Assembly (NCBI GenBank): GCA_040758355.1 | Contig: JBFLWF010000023.1 | Coordinates: forward strand, 1 to 35,872 | Source: Nitrospirota bacterium | Lineage (GTDB): Bacteria; Nitrospirota; Thermodesulfovibrionia; Thermodesulfovibrionales; Dissulfurispiraceae | Reading direction: 5' to 3' | Length of the DNA stretch: 35,872 bases | Part shown: positions 1 through 9,383 of the stretch, one piece after another | How the letters are laid out: each line of letters opens with the position of its first letter | How positions within the stretch are numbered: position 1 is the first letter of the stretch | Position numbers and translations under genes: made by a program | Notes under the pieces: model-generated | Databases searched by the model: none | The model's input: only the letters and a program-made list of their open reading frames with translations | Told to the model about the DNA's origin: nothing

Positions 1-129
1 AAAGGGGATATAACAGCAGAACAGTTGAGCAAGGCATTGGATGAACTAAAGACGAAGAAGAGATCAAAGACCCTTGACGCATTTCTTGAAGGAAAGATAG
101 ATGAAAGAAAATTCGGGGAGTTGTATTAA
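1..129 (+). CDS. 3' end of an upstream gene (partial; ...KGDITAEQLSKALDELKTKKRSKTLDAFLEGKIDERKFGELY*), function unknown
   Basis: Frame 1 is open from base 1 to TAA at 127-129, ending 8 nt before the next ATG. Confidence 0.6.
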   Translation, partial: KGDITAEQLSKALDELKTKKRSKTLDAFLEGKIDERKFGELY

Positions 130-137
130 AGAAATAA

Positions 138-1766
138 ATGAAGAAACTTTTCTGCTATTTTTCGTGTCTTTTGTTTCTTCTCCTGTTGTGGAGTACTGCC
201 CATGCTAAAACCATCATCCTCGAAGGCAAATTAAACAGCAAAGTCCTCGTAAATCAACAGATCGGTTTTGGTGTAGATAAGCCTTTATCAAGGCTAACAT
301 TCAAATTTGCCCTCCCGTCCGAATTCACTAATAAAGCTGTTTCGCAAAGAATGCAGGAGCTCAATATCAAATTCGATCCCCAACCTGTGAAAGTGGATGA
401 TGCAACCGATGAATTCGGAAATAGATTTAAGGTTGTTACATGGAATAATCTGAGCAAGGATGTGAGGGTCAATATAACCTTTGAGACTAATATTAAGTCA
501 GAGCTTTCTGCAATGGAAAGCAAAGCCCCATTTCCCCTTAATCCAATCCCTAAAAGTGATTTGCTTTATTTAAAGCCTACAGGAATGGTTCAGAGCAATG
601 ACCCTGAGATCATATCACTTTCGAAAAAATTAACAGCAGGCGCAACCACGGAATATGAGGCAGTTACTGCTATACTGAACTATGTTATAGATAATGTTAA
701 GTACACTTATAATCCTCCTCAATACGATGCCCTTTATACATTAAAGACAAGATCTGGCAACTGTCAGAACTTTGCACATTTAAGTATGGCGCTTTTGAGG
801 GCAGCAGGTATACCTGCAAGGATTGTCGGGGGAATAAGTCTTAAACAGTCATGGAAGATCCCTGTTGGCAATAACAACTTCCTTGTCCAGAGCATGGGGC
901 AGGGTGGACATGCATGGATGGAGATATACTTCCCTGACCTCGGATGGCTTTCATATGACCCGCAGCAGTCAAAGCAGTTCACATCATCGAGGCATATAAA
1001 ACAGACACACGGCCTCGATTCAGACGACATAAACGATTCATGGAGGGCATCGCCTTATCTGCCTGATTACAAAGAGGCGGTTGATGCAAAGTTTATAGAC
1101 GATGCCATTTCCCTGCAATTGAAATCGTCAGAAAGATCTCCAAGGTCGTATTTTCTCAGCAATAATCTGATAGTAAAGTCGCCTCCTGTAGAAAAGCCGA
1201 AACTGCCGCCGGTGGAGAGACCAAAATTGCCGCCCGGCAAGGTTATAGAGTTCGGCAATATGGAATTTCCAAGCCTTGTGGATATATACCATGTGGTTGG
1301 AGACAAAGGTATAAAAATACTCGATAAAGAAACCGCCGAGTATGTGACATCTAAGTATGTCTATGCACAGGCGTTTGAGATAGATGAAAGGCTTCAGGTT
1401 AATATCATTTCACTGGCCATGCGAAAATTCGGAGGCGATGGCACTGTCTATATTGACCTCGTATCTGACGACAACGGCAGGCCAAGCCTCAAAGGCGTAA
1501 GATCAGCGCCTATATTCCTCGAAACCATAAAGAAGAGACCCGGCTACTACTGGGTTGATTTCTCCTTTCCGGATAGTATTGTTTTGGAAAAAGGGAGATA
1601 CTGGATTGTGCTGAGACATTCTGGAGAGGTTATAATGAACTGGTTTTATATACCTATGAATCCTTATGGCGACAGCGATGATACGAGGTCTACCCTCAAG
1701 GGTTATAAGTGGGAAGATATACAGAATTATGACTTTGTCTTTAAGATAAAGGCTATAAGACCATAA
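138..1766 (+). CDS. Secreted transglutaminase-like (Cys-His-Asp) domain protein with a Pro-rich linker and a C-terminal beta-rich domain
   Basis: Signal peptide (MKKLF...STAHA). Transglutaminase core motifs GNCQNFAHL, GHAWMEIY and WLSYDP. PPVEKPKL linker. Confidence 0.85.
   Translation: MKKLFCYFSCLLFLLLLWSTAHAKTIILEGKLNSKVLVNQQIGFGVDKPLSRLTFKFALPSEFTNKAVSQRMQELNIKFDPQPVKVDDATDEFGNRFKVVTWNNLSKDVRVNITFETNIKSELSAMESKAPFPLNPIPKSDLLYLKPTGMVQSNDPEIISLSKKLTAGATTEYEAVTAILNYVIDNVKYTYNPPQYDALYTLKTRSGNCQNFAHLSMALLRAAGIPARIVGGISLKQSWKIPVGNNNFLVQSMGQGGHAWMEIYFPDLGWLSYDPQQSKQFTSSRHIKQTHGLDSDDINDSWRASPYLPDYKEAVDAKFIDDAISLQLKSSERSPRSYFLSNNLIVKSPPVEKPKLPPVERPKLPPGKVIEFGNMEFPSLVDIYHVVGDKGIKILDKETAEYVTSKYVYAQAFEIDERLQVNIISLAMRKFGGDGTVYIDLVSDDNGRPSLKGVRSAPIFLETIKKRPGYYWVDFSFPDSIVLEKGRYWIVLRHSGEVIMNWFYIPMNPYGDSDDTRSTLKGYKWEDIQNYDFVFKIKAIRP
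1182..1235 (+). repeat. Imperfect 24-nt coding tandem repeat (PPVEKPKL-PPVERPKL-PP)
   Basis: cctcctgtagaaaagccgaaactg / ccgccggtggagagaccaaaattg / ccgccc; copies differ mostly at synonymous positions. Confidence 0.75.
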
Positions 1767-1789
1767 AAATTCCCCTGAATTTCAATTTT

Positions 1790-1817
1790 TAAAGTTTCTA
1801 TCCAAAAAATCCGATAA
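1790..1817 (+). promoter_or_regulatory. Putative sigma-28 (FliA/SigD) promoter
   Basis: TAAAGTTT (1790-1797), 12 nt, then TCCGATAA (1810-1817), against the consensus TAAAGTTT-N11/12-GCCGATAA. Intergenic and directly upstream of the glycan cluster. Confidence 0.65.
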
Positions 1818-1841
1818 CAAAATAGAGTCAATTTTATGACA

Positions 1842-1861
1842 TGACATTCTTGGGAATGTCA
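1842..1861. promoter_or_regulatory. Perfect 8-bp inverted repeat; candidate operator or 5'-leader hairpin
   Basis: TGACATTC-ttgg-GAATGTCA, about 25 nt downstream of the putative sigma-28 -10 box. Confidence 0.4.
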
Positions 1862-1987
1862 AAAATGCTCCTCAGAAAGTGCGCTCGATAAGAAATATGT
1901 TTTGTATTTCAAATGCTTATGCTTTTATGCTCAATGGTATGCTTATTGCTTACCTTAAGTCTATGTCTAAATGGAGTTTTCGATAAG

Positions 1988-3031
1988 ATGCAGGATTTTT
2001 CTAATAACGGAATAAAGAGCATTCTGATTACAGGTGGGGCAGGGACTGTCGGCAAGGTGCTGCTTAAGCAACTGCTGCTATCCGATGTAGAAGAAATAAG
2101 GGTTTTTGACAATAATGAGACAGAACTCTTTTATCTAACAGATGAGTACCGCGGAGACCAAAGGGCTGTATTTTTCCTTGGCGATATACGGGACAGGGAT
2201 AAGCTGATTAAGATAACAAGGGGCGTGGATGTAATTTTTCACACAGCAGCATTCAAGCATGTGATTCTGTCTGAATTCAATCCCTTCGATGTTGTGCAGA
2301 CAAATATAAACGGAACGCAGAATATCATTGAGGCAGCTTTGCTTAATGATGTGGGGAAGGTCATCTTTACCAGCAGTGACAAGGCTGTGAATCCCACGAA
2401 TGTTATGGGGACCTCTAAATTGATGGCTGAAAAACTTATTACTGCTGCGAATACAATACGCTATGACAAAAAGACTATTTTCTCGAGCACACGGTTTGGA
2501 AATGTATTGGGTTCAAGGGGCTCGGTTGTTCCCATATTCAAAAAGCAGATTAAAAACGGCGGTCCTGTTACGCTGACAGACAGCAGAATGACGAGGTTTG
2601 TAATGACCATCGACGAGGCAGTTGGACTTGTAATTGAGTCAGCGTTAATAGCGAAGGGTGGCGAAGTTCTTGTAACAAAAATGCCTGTAATCAGGATTTC
2701 GGATCTTGCAGAGGTTATGATAGATATTTTAGGACCGATGTATGGGCATAAGCCTGAGAGCATAAAGATTATGGAAATAGGCAAGAAGCCCGGCGAAAAA
2801 CTTTACGAAGAGCTTATGTCTCTCGAAGAGATGGGCAGGGCCATGGAACTGGAGAAGTTGTTCGTGATATTCCCTGCATTCCGTGATTTATACAAAATCG
2901 ATTATACCTATGAAGGCATTGTTTCAAAGACCCTTAAAAATCCGTACATATCCTCTGACGAGCCGTTTATGAGCAGGGAAGATCTAAAATCATATATCCT
3001 CAAACATAGATTAATGGAGGAAGTCTGTTAA
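1988..3031 (+). CDS. CapD/PseB-like NDP-sugar 4,6-dehydratase (polysaccharide biosynthesis protein, extended SDR)
   Basis: GGAGTVG Rossmann motif, AAFKHV, SSDKAVNPTNVMGTSK, RFGNVLGSRGSV, GEKLYEEL. Start moved to the ATG at 1988 (the ORF track starts at 1913). Confidence 0.85.
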   Translation: MQDFSNNGIKSILITGGAGTVGKVLLKQLLLSDVEEIRVFDNNETELFYLTDEYRGDQRAVFFLGDIRDRDKLIKITRGVDVIFHTAAFKHVILSEFNPFDVVQTNINGTQNIIEAALLNDVGKVIFTSSDKAVNPTNVMGTSKLMAEKLITAANTIRYDKKTIFSSTRFGNVLGSRGSVVPIFKKQIKNGGPVTLTDSRMTRFVMTIDEAVGLVIESALIAKGGEVLVTKMPVIRISDLAEVMIDILGPMYGHKPESIKIMEIGKKPGEKLYEELMSLEEMGRAMELEKLFVIFPAFRDLYKIDYTYEGIVSKTLKNPYISSDEPFMSREDLKSYILKHRLMEEVC

Positions 3032-3033
3032 AT

Positions 3034-4197
3034 ATGAAAGGCAAGGTGCTTATACTCGGCGGTGATGGTTATCTCGGATGGCCTACTGCAATGAATCTCT
3101 CAAATCTTGGCTATAGCGTTGCGGTATTGGATAATTATCTCAAGAGATGGATATTCAATAAACTCGGCATAACGCCATTGATTGATTGCCCTAACCTCGA
3201 AGAAAGGGCAAATATATGGAAGGGGCTGACAGGGAATGATATTAAGGTTTATGTCGGTGACATAGGAGAGCAGGATTTTCTTTTTAAGGTAGTAAAGGAA
3301 TTTGAGCCCGATACAATTATCCATTACGGAGAGATACCGTCCGCGCCATATTCCATGCTCAATCACAACACCTCATGGGAAACCATACAGAATAACCTCA
3401 GAGCCACAATGGCCGTTATGTGGGCTATCAGGACAATAAATCCCGATATTCATCTCATAAAGCTTGGCACGATGGGAGAATACGGGACACCGAATATTGA
3501 TATAGAAGAAGGCTTCATGGAAATTGAAAAAGGCGGGAGAAAGGACAGGCTGCCATTCCCGAAGCTTCCCGGCTCATTTTACCATCTGAGCAAGGTACAG
3601 GACAGCGATATGCTTTATCTTGGCGTTAGGATGTGGGGGCTGAGGGTTACCGACTTAAATCAGGGGCCGGTTTATGGAATCGAGACAGACGAAAGCAGAT
3701 TGGATAAAGAAGACCGCCTCATGCCCCATTTCCATTACGATGAATTTTGGGGTACGGTTCTGAATCGATTTATTACACAGGCAGTGGTAGGAATTCCTCT
3801 GACTGTTTACGGCAAGGGCGGTCAGAAGAGGGGATTTTTAAATATTACCGATACCCTTCAATGCGTAAGGCTTGCAGTCCAAAATCCTGCTAATAAAAGC
3901 GAGTTCAGGGTGATGAACCAGTTCACAGAGATATTCAGCGTCAATGAGCTTGCTGAAAAGGTTAAGGCTGCTGCCAAAAACCTCGGCCTCGATGTAACCA
4001 TAAAGAATTATCCGAATCCGCGAAAAGAGGCAGAGGAGCATTATTATAATGCAAAGAATACCAATCTCTTGAGCCTCGGGCTTCAGCCCAATTATCTTAC
4101 AGAAAAGGTTATTACAGAGATGCTGGAGATAGTGATGGAGAATAAAAAGAATATAAGGCAGGACATAATCCTGCCGGGCAGGGCAAAATGGCAATAA
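3034..4197 (+). CDS. sqdB: UDP-sulfoquinovose synthase (SqdB/SQD1/Agl3 family)
   Basis: Family motifs GGDGYLGWPT, PSAPYSM, KLGTMGEYGTPNIDIEEG, PGSFYHLSKV, TDLNQGPVYG, GTVLNRF, NPRKEAEEHYY. Confidence 0.9.
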   Translation: MKGKVLILGGDGYLGWPTAMNLSNLGYSVAVLDNYLKRWIFNKLGITPLIDCPNLEERANIWKGLTGNDIKVYVGDIGEQDFLFKVVKEFEPDTIIHYGEIPSAPYSMLNHNTSWETIQNNLRATMAVMWAIRTINPDIHLIKLGTMGEYGTPNIDIEEGFMEIEKGGRKDRLPFPKLPGSFYHLSKVQDSDMLYLGVRMWGLRVTDLNQGPVYGIETDESRLDKEDRLMPHFHYDEFWGTVLNRFITQAVVGIPLTVYGKGGQKRGFLNITDTLQCVRLAVQNPANKSEFRVMNQFTEIFSVNELAEKVKAAAKNLGLDVTIKNYPNPRKEAEEHYYNAKNTNLLSLGLQPNYLTEKVITEMLEIVMENKKNIRQDIILPGRAKWQ

Positions 4198-4220
4198 ACA
4201 GAGGAGAAGGCAGAAGCGAT

Positions 4221-5372
4221 ATGAAAAGAAAAATATGTATTGTGTTAACGGTACGCGGTAATTATGCGAAAATGAAATCCATAATGAAGGAAATAAAAAA
4301 CCGCTCAAACTGCGAATTACAGCTTGTTGTGGGCGGCGCTGTTATTCTCCATAAATTCGGCAACCCAATAAACATCATCGAAGCCGACGGCTTTGAGATA
4401 AGCGAGATGGTGCACTTCCTCGTCGAGGGCGGAAAGCCCATAACAATGGCGAAATCCACAGGCCTTGCCGTTGTTGAGCTCTCAACAGTCTTTGAAAACC
4501 TCCGTCCTGATATTGTAATGGCAATCGCCGACAGATTTGAAGCCCTTGCCGTTGCAGTGGCGGCAAGCTATATGAATATACCTGTCGCGCATCTCGAAGG
4601 CGGAGAGCTTTCGGGCTCTATAGACGAATCCATAAGGCATGCGATCACAAAACTCTCGCATATCCATTTTGTCGCAACACAAAAGAGCGCAGAGAGGGTA
4701 ATAAAGATGGGAGAGGATCCAGAAAATGTCTATGTCGTAGGCTCCCCGACTATCGACCTCATAAGAGATTTGAACCTTGACCTTGATTTTGATGTCTTTG
4801 AAAAATATGCCGGAGTGGGCGCTTTGGTTCCTGTAACGAAGAATAATTATATCGTCGTATCTCAACATCCTGTCACGACGGAATACGAGTCTGCAAGTAC
4901 TCAGGTGCAGGAAACCCTTCATGCGATCAATGATATAAATATGCCTGCATTATGGCTCTGGCCGAATATGGATGCAGGAACGGACGAGATATCAAAAGGC
5001 ATAAGAATGTTCAGGGAGAAATACCAGCCCAGGCACATACACTTCTTCAAGAACTTTGCCTTCGAGGACTATGCGAAGCTGATAAACAACTCGGCTGTTC
5101 TGGTAGGCAACACGAGCAGCGGCATCAGGGAATCCGCATATCTCGGCGTGCCGGTGGTGAACATAGGCACAAGGCAGAACCACAGGGAAAGGGGAGAAAA
5201 TGTAATAGATGTGAATTACAGCAGGGATGAGATAAGAGAGGCGATAAAAAAACAGATTGCCCGTGGTAAATATCCAGGCAACCATTTATACGGCGACGGA
5301 CGTGCCGGAGAAAAGATTGCGGAAATATTAAGTACGCGCAAGATAAGCGTACAGAAGAGGCTGATGTATTGA
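4221..5372 (+). CDS. neuC: Hydrolysing UDP-N-acetylglucosamine 2-epimerase (NeuC family)
   Basis: ADRFEAL, HLEGGELSGSIDESIRHAITKLSH, QHPVTTE, VGNTSSGIRE, NIGTRQ. ATG at 4221; an alternative ATG at 4188 overlaps sqdB. Confidence 0.85.
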   Translation: MKRKICIVLTVRGNYAKMKSIMKEIKNRSNCELQLVVGGAVILHKFGNPINIIEADGFEISEMVHFLVEGGKPITMAKSTGLAVVELSTVFENLRPDIVMAIADRFEALAVAVAASYMNIPVAHLEGGELSGSIDESIRHAITKLSHIHFVATQKSAERVIKMGEDPENVYVVGSPTIDLIRDLNLDLDFDVFEKYAGVGALVPVTKNNYIVVSQHPVTTEYESASTQVQETLHAINDINMPALWLWPNMDAGTDEISKGIRMFREKYQPRHIHFFKNFAFEDYAKLINNSAVLVGNTSSGIRESAYLGVPVVNIGTRQNHRERGENVIDVNYSRDEIREAIKKQIARGKYPGNHLYGDGRAGEKIAEILSTRKISVQKRLMY

Positions 5373-5378
5373 TGGAAA

Positions 5379-7388
5379 ATGAATAGCACCGCTGTTTATA
5401 AAGATGACCTGGAGATTTTTTTAAAGGAAATCCGTGAATCTCTCCAAAAGGCCGAAGACGAAAACTCCCTCCTTGATGTAGCAGATAAGATTTCAGGCAT
5501 CGATGGTCTCGGTGAATTAATTTGCAGCCATCGCTATGAAGATGATCTCAAAACAATAATAAATTTATTAAGAGAGAAGATTTTCTCAATATTCCTGAAT
5601 AATCTTCAGCTTAATCTGGCATTTTTTAAATTAGATCCATTATTCGATTCAAAAGAAGACCGACTTCCCCCCCATATCGGTATGATTGGCATAAAGAAGA
5701 GATTGTTGTCTGACTATGCTGCCGCAGACAATGCCAATAAGGCAATAATTTTATTCTTTGTCCTGCTCATAGACATCCTGAATAATGAAAAAGAGAAAGG
5801 GTTTGCCGATTTCCTTATACACTCTGCAGATGATTATATCTTTGAAGTGAAAGAGTTTACAGAGATAATCCGTCTCTTGAAAATAATCCCCGAGAAGATA
5901 ATAGATATTTATATAGATAAAATCCTCCCTCCACGCATATTTATGAAAAAACCGATCAATGCCCAAAAGAGCAGCCTTCTGATGTTGAGGCATTTGGGAG
6001 GAGAGTTTAGCTATCACCATAGTTTTGCAAGGCTTTATGAGCCTTTGAGGGCGCTCATTTACGATGCGATAAGCGCAGAGCATATCGAGCTTGTTTTGTA
6101 TATCGCCTTTTATGCCCGCTATTTTTACGGAAATCTGAATGTCAATAATGAAGCATACAAGCTGCTCGATGATGAAATAGAAAGACCTATGAGCGATTTT
6201 TTCCTCGAGTATTGCAAAAAGAATAATATAGCTCCATGCGCAAAACCTCCTGCTAAAAGCGGAAAAATAAGGGTCGGCTATGCGTATCAGCAGCTTGCGT
6301 CATCTTCTCCAGTGTCTGTCTTATTGTCGTTATTGAAAGGCCATGCTCTGAATAAAAATCAGAATATCGAGTTTTATGTGTACAGCTATGATTACAAGGA
6401 GAAGGCCGGGGATGACGATAAAACAGTAAATACAATAAAAAGCATGGGATTTAAATGTGCCAGCGCGGGAAGTCTTGGAAGTTTTGATAACCCCTACTAT
6501 TCGCATATTGAGAAGGCAATGGCATTGAGAGAACAGATAATGGATGATGGAATAGATATATTTGTTACAACAGGAACCCAGATAGGCAATTTTCTTGTTA
6601 CATCAAGGGTTGCTCCGATTCAGATTTATTGGTCGCATATCGACCCCTACTGGAATGTAAATAATCTTGATTGCAAGATAATACATTATGGAAATACGAA
6701 ATCAGTAACTAAAGGGCTATACCGGGGCGTTGAATATTATAAGTTTTCAGCTCCAGTTGCAATGGAGCTTTTAGACCCTCCGGTTTCAAAGCAGGAAGTA
6801 AAAAACCTTAGAAAGAAATTCCAGGCTGATAAAGTCCTCCTTGGATTTCTCGGGAGGCTATCGAAACTATACAATCAGGAGTATCTTTCTGTGGTATCAG
6901 AAATATTAAAACAAAACCCTGAAGCTATCTTTTTAATATGTGGAGCAGGGGATAATGAGCCGATTAAGAAATATTTTGAAAATGCAGGATGCATTGATAG
7001 GGTTTATTTTGAAGGGCATGTCAACGCCCATGTGTACGGTCATATAATCGATATAGGCCTGAATCCATTTCCAAGCCCTATGGGCAATGCTGCCAATGAG
7101 CTTCTGGCAAAGGGCAAGCCTGTGGTTTCCATGATAAGTTCTTTAAGTGAAACCGAAGAGATAAGGAATTTTATATTGAGAGTAAAAAGGGATAAAATTG
7201 GCGGAGAGATATGGGCTGATTCCATTGAAGAATATATCAAGATAGCAGGTGATTTTATAAAGGATAAAGATTACAGGGATGCTGTTGGCAAAAAGGAACA
7301 GGAAATTATAAGACGGATATACGATTGCCAGAAATCGGCAAGTCAGTTGGAGACCTTGTTTATTTCTTTAGCCGAGAACTATGAATGA
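5379..7388 (+). CDS. OGT/SPINDLY-like (GT41-type, GT-B) glycosyltransferase with a helical N-terminus
   Basis: KIRVGY, SRVAPIQIYW, LGFLGRLSKL, DIGLNPFP...ELLAKGKPVVS and ADSIEEYI resemble the OGT-like catalytic half. Confidence 0.6.
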   Translation: MNSTAVYKDDLEIFLKEIRESLQKAEDENSLLDVADKISGIDGLGELICSHRYEDDLKTIINLLREKIFSIFLNNLQLNLAFFKLDPLFDSKEDRLPPHIGMIGIKKRLLSDYAAADNANKAIILFFVLLIDILNNEKEKGFADFLIHSADDYIFEVKEFTEIIRLLKIIPEKIIDIYIDKILPPRIFMKKPINAQKSSLLMLRHLGGEFSYHHSFARLYEPLRALIYDAISAEHIELVLYIAFYARYFYGNLNVNNEAYKLLDDEIERPMSDFFLEYCKKNNIAPCAKPPAKSGKIRVGYAYQQLASSSPVSVLLSLLKGHALNKNQNIEFYVYSYDYKEKAGDDDKTVNTIKSMGFKCASAGSLGSFDNPYYSHIEKAMALREQIMDDGIDIFVTTGTQIGNFLVTSRVAPIQIYWSHIDPYWNVNNLDCKIIHYGNTKSVTKGLYRGVEYYKFSAPVAMELLDPPVSKQEVKNLRKKFQADKVLLGFLGRLSKLYNQEYLSVVSEILKQNPEAIFLICGAGDNEPIKKYFENAGCIDRVYFEGHVNAHVYGHIIDIGLNPFPSPMGNAANELLAKGKPVVSMISSLSETEEIRNFILRVKRDKIGGEIWADSIEEYIKIAGDFIKDKDYRDAVGKKEQEIIRRIYDCQKSASQLETLFISLAENYE

Positions 7389-8265
7389 GAAATGGTTTGA
7401 CATTATGAATATAACATTCTCTTTTGGTAGAAACTGGATAAGGTATGTTAAGTATGTTGTAGATGAGAATATTATTGACAACGCGGTTAAATCTTTAAGA
7501 GGCTTTTTAGGAGAAAAGCTTAATTATAAAGATAGGACATTTATTGATGTTGGTTGCGGGAGCGGTATCTTCTCCCTGGCTGCAGGTATTTTAGGTTGTA
7601 GCAGAATTATAAGTATTGATGCTGACATAGAAAGCATACAGGCAGCACGGATGTTAAGGGATAGGTTTGCTCAGAAAATAAATAATGGTACTGAATGGGA
7701 AATTATCCATGGTTCTATCCTTGACAACAGACTTGTCGAACGATTCAGGAATTATGGAGACATTGTATATTCATGGGGTGTTCTCCATCATACAGGAGAT
7801 GTGAGGTTTGCAATGAAAAATACAGGTGAACTGGTAAGGCAAAATGGTTTGTTATATATAGCTTTATATAACAGGACCGAAGCTTCTGACTGGTGGCTGA
7901 AATTTAAGAGATTCTATAACCGATCTTCCTTGCTGTTTAAAGGAGCCATGATAATGATGTATTTCTTGTTTCTCAAGGAAGAAGATATAAGGAAAGGAAG
8001 GAGTCCTTTAAAACTCATTAATGAACGAGGAATGCATGAGCTAACCGATATTATTGACTGGTTTGGTGGATTACCATACGAGCCGCTCACATTTGATGAG
8101 GTCATTTCATTTTATGAACAGAGAAAGTTTAAAACGATTAAAACAAAGGAAACCATGCATCATCGGCCTGTTTATCCAGATACTGTCTTTAAAAAATATT
8201 TTGTATATTTGAAGCAGGTAGGTCTCGGCAATAATGAATATCTGTTTAAAAGATTATTAACATGA
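7381..8265 (+). CDS. Class I SAM-dependent methyltransferase
   Basis: FIDVGCGSG motif I; DIVYSWGVLHHTG. Confidence 0.85.
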   Translation: MNEKWFDIMNITFSFGRNWIRYVKYVVDENIIDNAVKSLRGFLGEKLNYKDRTFIDVGCGSGIFSLAAGILGCSRIISIDADIESIQAARMLRDRFAQKINNGTEWEIIHGSILDNRLVERFRNYGDIVYSWGVLHHTGDVRFAMKNTGELVRQNGLLYIALYNRTEASDWWLKFKRFYNRSSLLFKGAMIMMYFLFLKEEDIRKGRSPLKLINERGMHELTDIIDWFGGLPYEPLTFDEVISFYEQRKFKTIKTKETMHHRPVYPDTVFKKYFVYLKQVGLGNNEYLFKRLLT

Positions 8266-9383
8266 ATAAAAAGAAGGCAATATTGTTTGTTATTGACATC
8301 CTGAAATACGGAGGCGCTCAGAGGGTTTTGTTGAATCATGCAAAATTCCTGAACAGGCAGGGCATTAAGGTATCTGTTTTTTCCATAAAAGACGATATTG
8401 AGTTTAATATTCCTGAAGGCATTAATGTTTATAAGGCTTTAAGCAAAGAACAGAAGATAACCGAAAATATATTTTATGTCTTGGAAAAACTGAATGAGGC
8501 AGTTAAAAGGCATGACTTAATAATCGGCTTTATGGATTTTATAACGAACTATATCACTGTTCTGTCATCAAAGATTAACAAGAAGCCTGTATTTATCTCT
8601 ATACGCAATACCCTGAGCGAAGAAATAAACAAGTTCGATTATAAGCGCATAAATCATGATTTAACGGCTCTTACATACAACATGGCTGATAAGATAATAT
8701 GCCCTGCCAGACATGTTCAGAACGATGTCATTTCAAATTTCAATATAAATAGGAGAAAAACAAAGGTTTTATATAATCCGGTCGATATAAAACTAATAAA
8801 TGCCTTAAAAAAACAAAAGATTGAGCCTGAGCATGGAGAGGCTTTTACTGGAAAGACCATTTTAAGCATCGGACGGCTCGAAAGTCAAAAAAATTATAAA
8901 GCCCTTATTTATGCCTTCGGGCATTTGCTGAAGAGTTATAAGGTAGATGTAAATCTCGTTATCATCGGCGAAGGGAGCTTGAGGGAGGAGTTAGAGAATG
9001 TTATCGGGAGGACAGGGTTAGAAAAGAAAGTGTTTCTAATAGGAAAGCAGCACAATATATACAAATTTTTGCATCACTCTGACATGTTTATTCTCCCATC
9101 CATTTATGAAGGTATGCCCAATGTTATTTTAGAGGCTATGGCAGTCGGAGTGCCGGTTGTCGCATCGAACCTCGGCCCTATAAGGGAAATTATCTCTGAC
9201 GGTAAAAACGGCTTGCTGTTTGAGACAAATAATATAAAGGACATGAGCGAAAAGATGTTTTCTCTGCTGACTGATACTAAAAAAACAGAGAAGATTAAAG
9301 AGAGGGCGTCTAAGGACATCGAGAGTTATGATATTGATAAAATCGGTTTTCAATTAATGGATGTTTTAGATCTTAGAGGATGA
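8262..9383 (+). CDS. GT4 glycosyltransferase
   Basis: GGAQRV, GRLESQKN, FILPSIYEGMPNVILEAMAVG (EX7E). Confidence 0.9.
   Translation: MNKKKAILFVIDILKYGGAQRVLLNHAKFLNRQGIKVSVFSIKDDIEFNIPEGINVYKALSKEQKITENIFYVLEKLNEAVKRHDLIIGFMDFITNYITVLSSKINKKPVFISIRNTLSEEINKFDYKRINHDLTALTYNMADKIICPARHVQNDVISNFNINRRKTKVLYNPVDIKLINALKKQKIEPEHGEAFTGKTILSIGRLESQKNYKALIYAFGHLLKSYKVDVNLVIIGEGSLREELENVIGRTGLEKKVFLIGKQHNIYKFLHHSDMFILPSIYEGMPNVILEAMAVGVPVVASNLGPIREIISDGKNGLLFETNNIKDMSEKMFSLLTDTKKTEKIKERASKDIESYDIDKIGFQLMDVLDLRG

Noticed and set aside
1767..1790. Intrinsic terminator after the transglutaminase gene (AAATTC-ccct-GAATTT then T-rich)
   Set aside because: The stem is only 6 bp and almost all A-T, too weak to call.
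1913..1987. 25-residue hydrophobic N-terminal extension of the dehydratase
   Set aside because: No SD and a Cys/Leu-rich low-information sequence; the SDR fold begins shortly after the ATG at 1988.
3034..4197. Ordinary SQDG sulfolipid operon
   Set aside because: No adjacent recognisable sqdX/sqdC/sqdD; the neighbours are capD-like and neuC. Not fully excluded, since partners could lie elsewhere in the genome.
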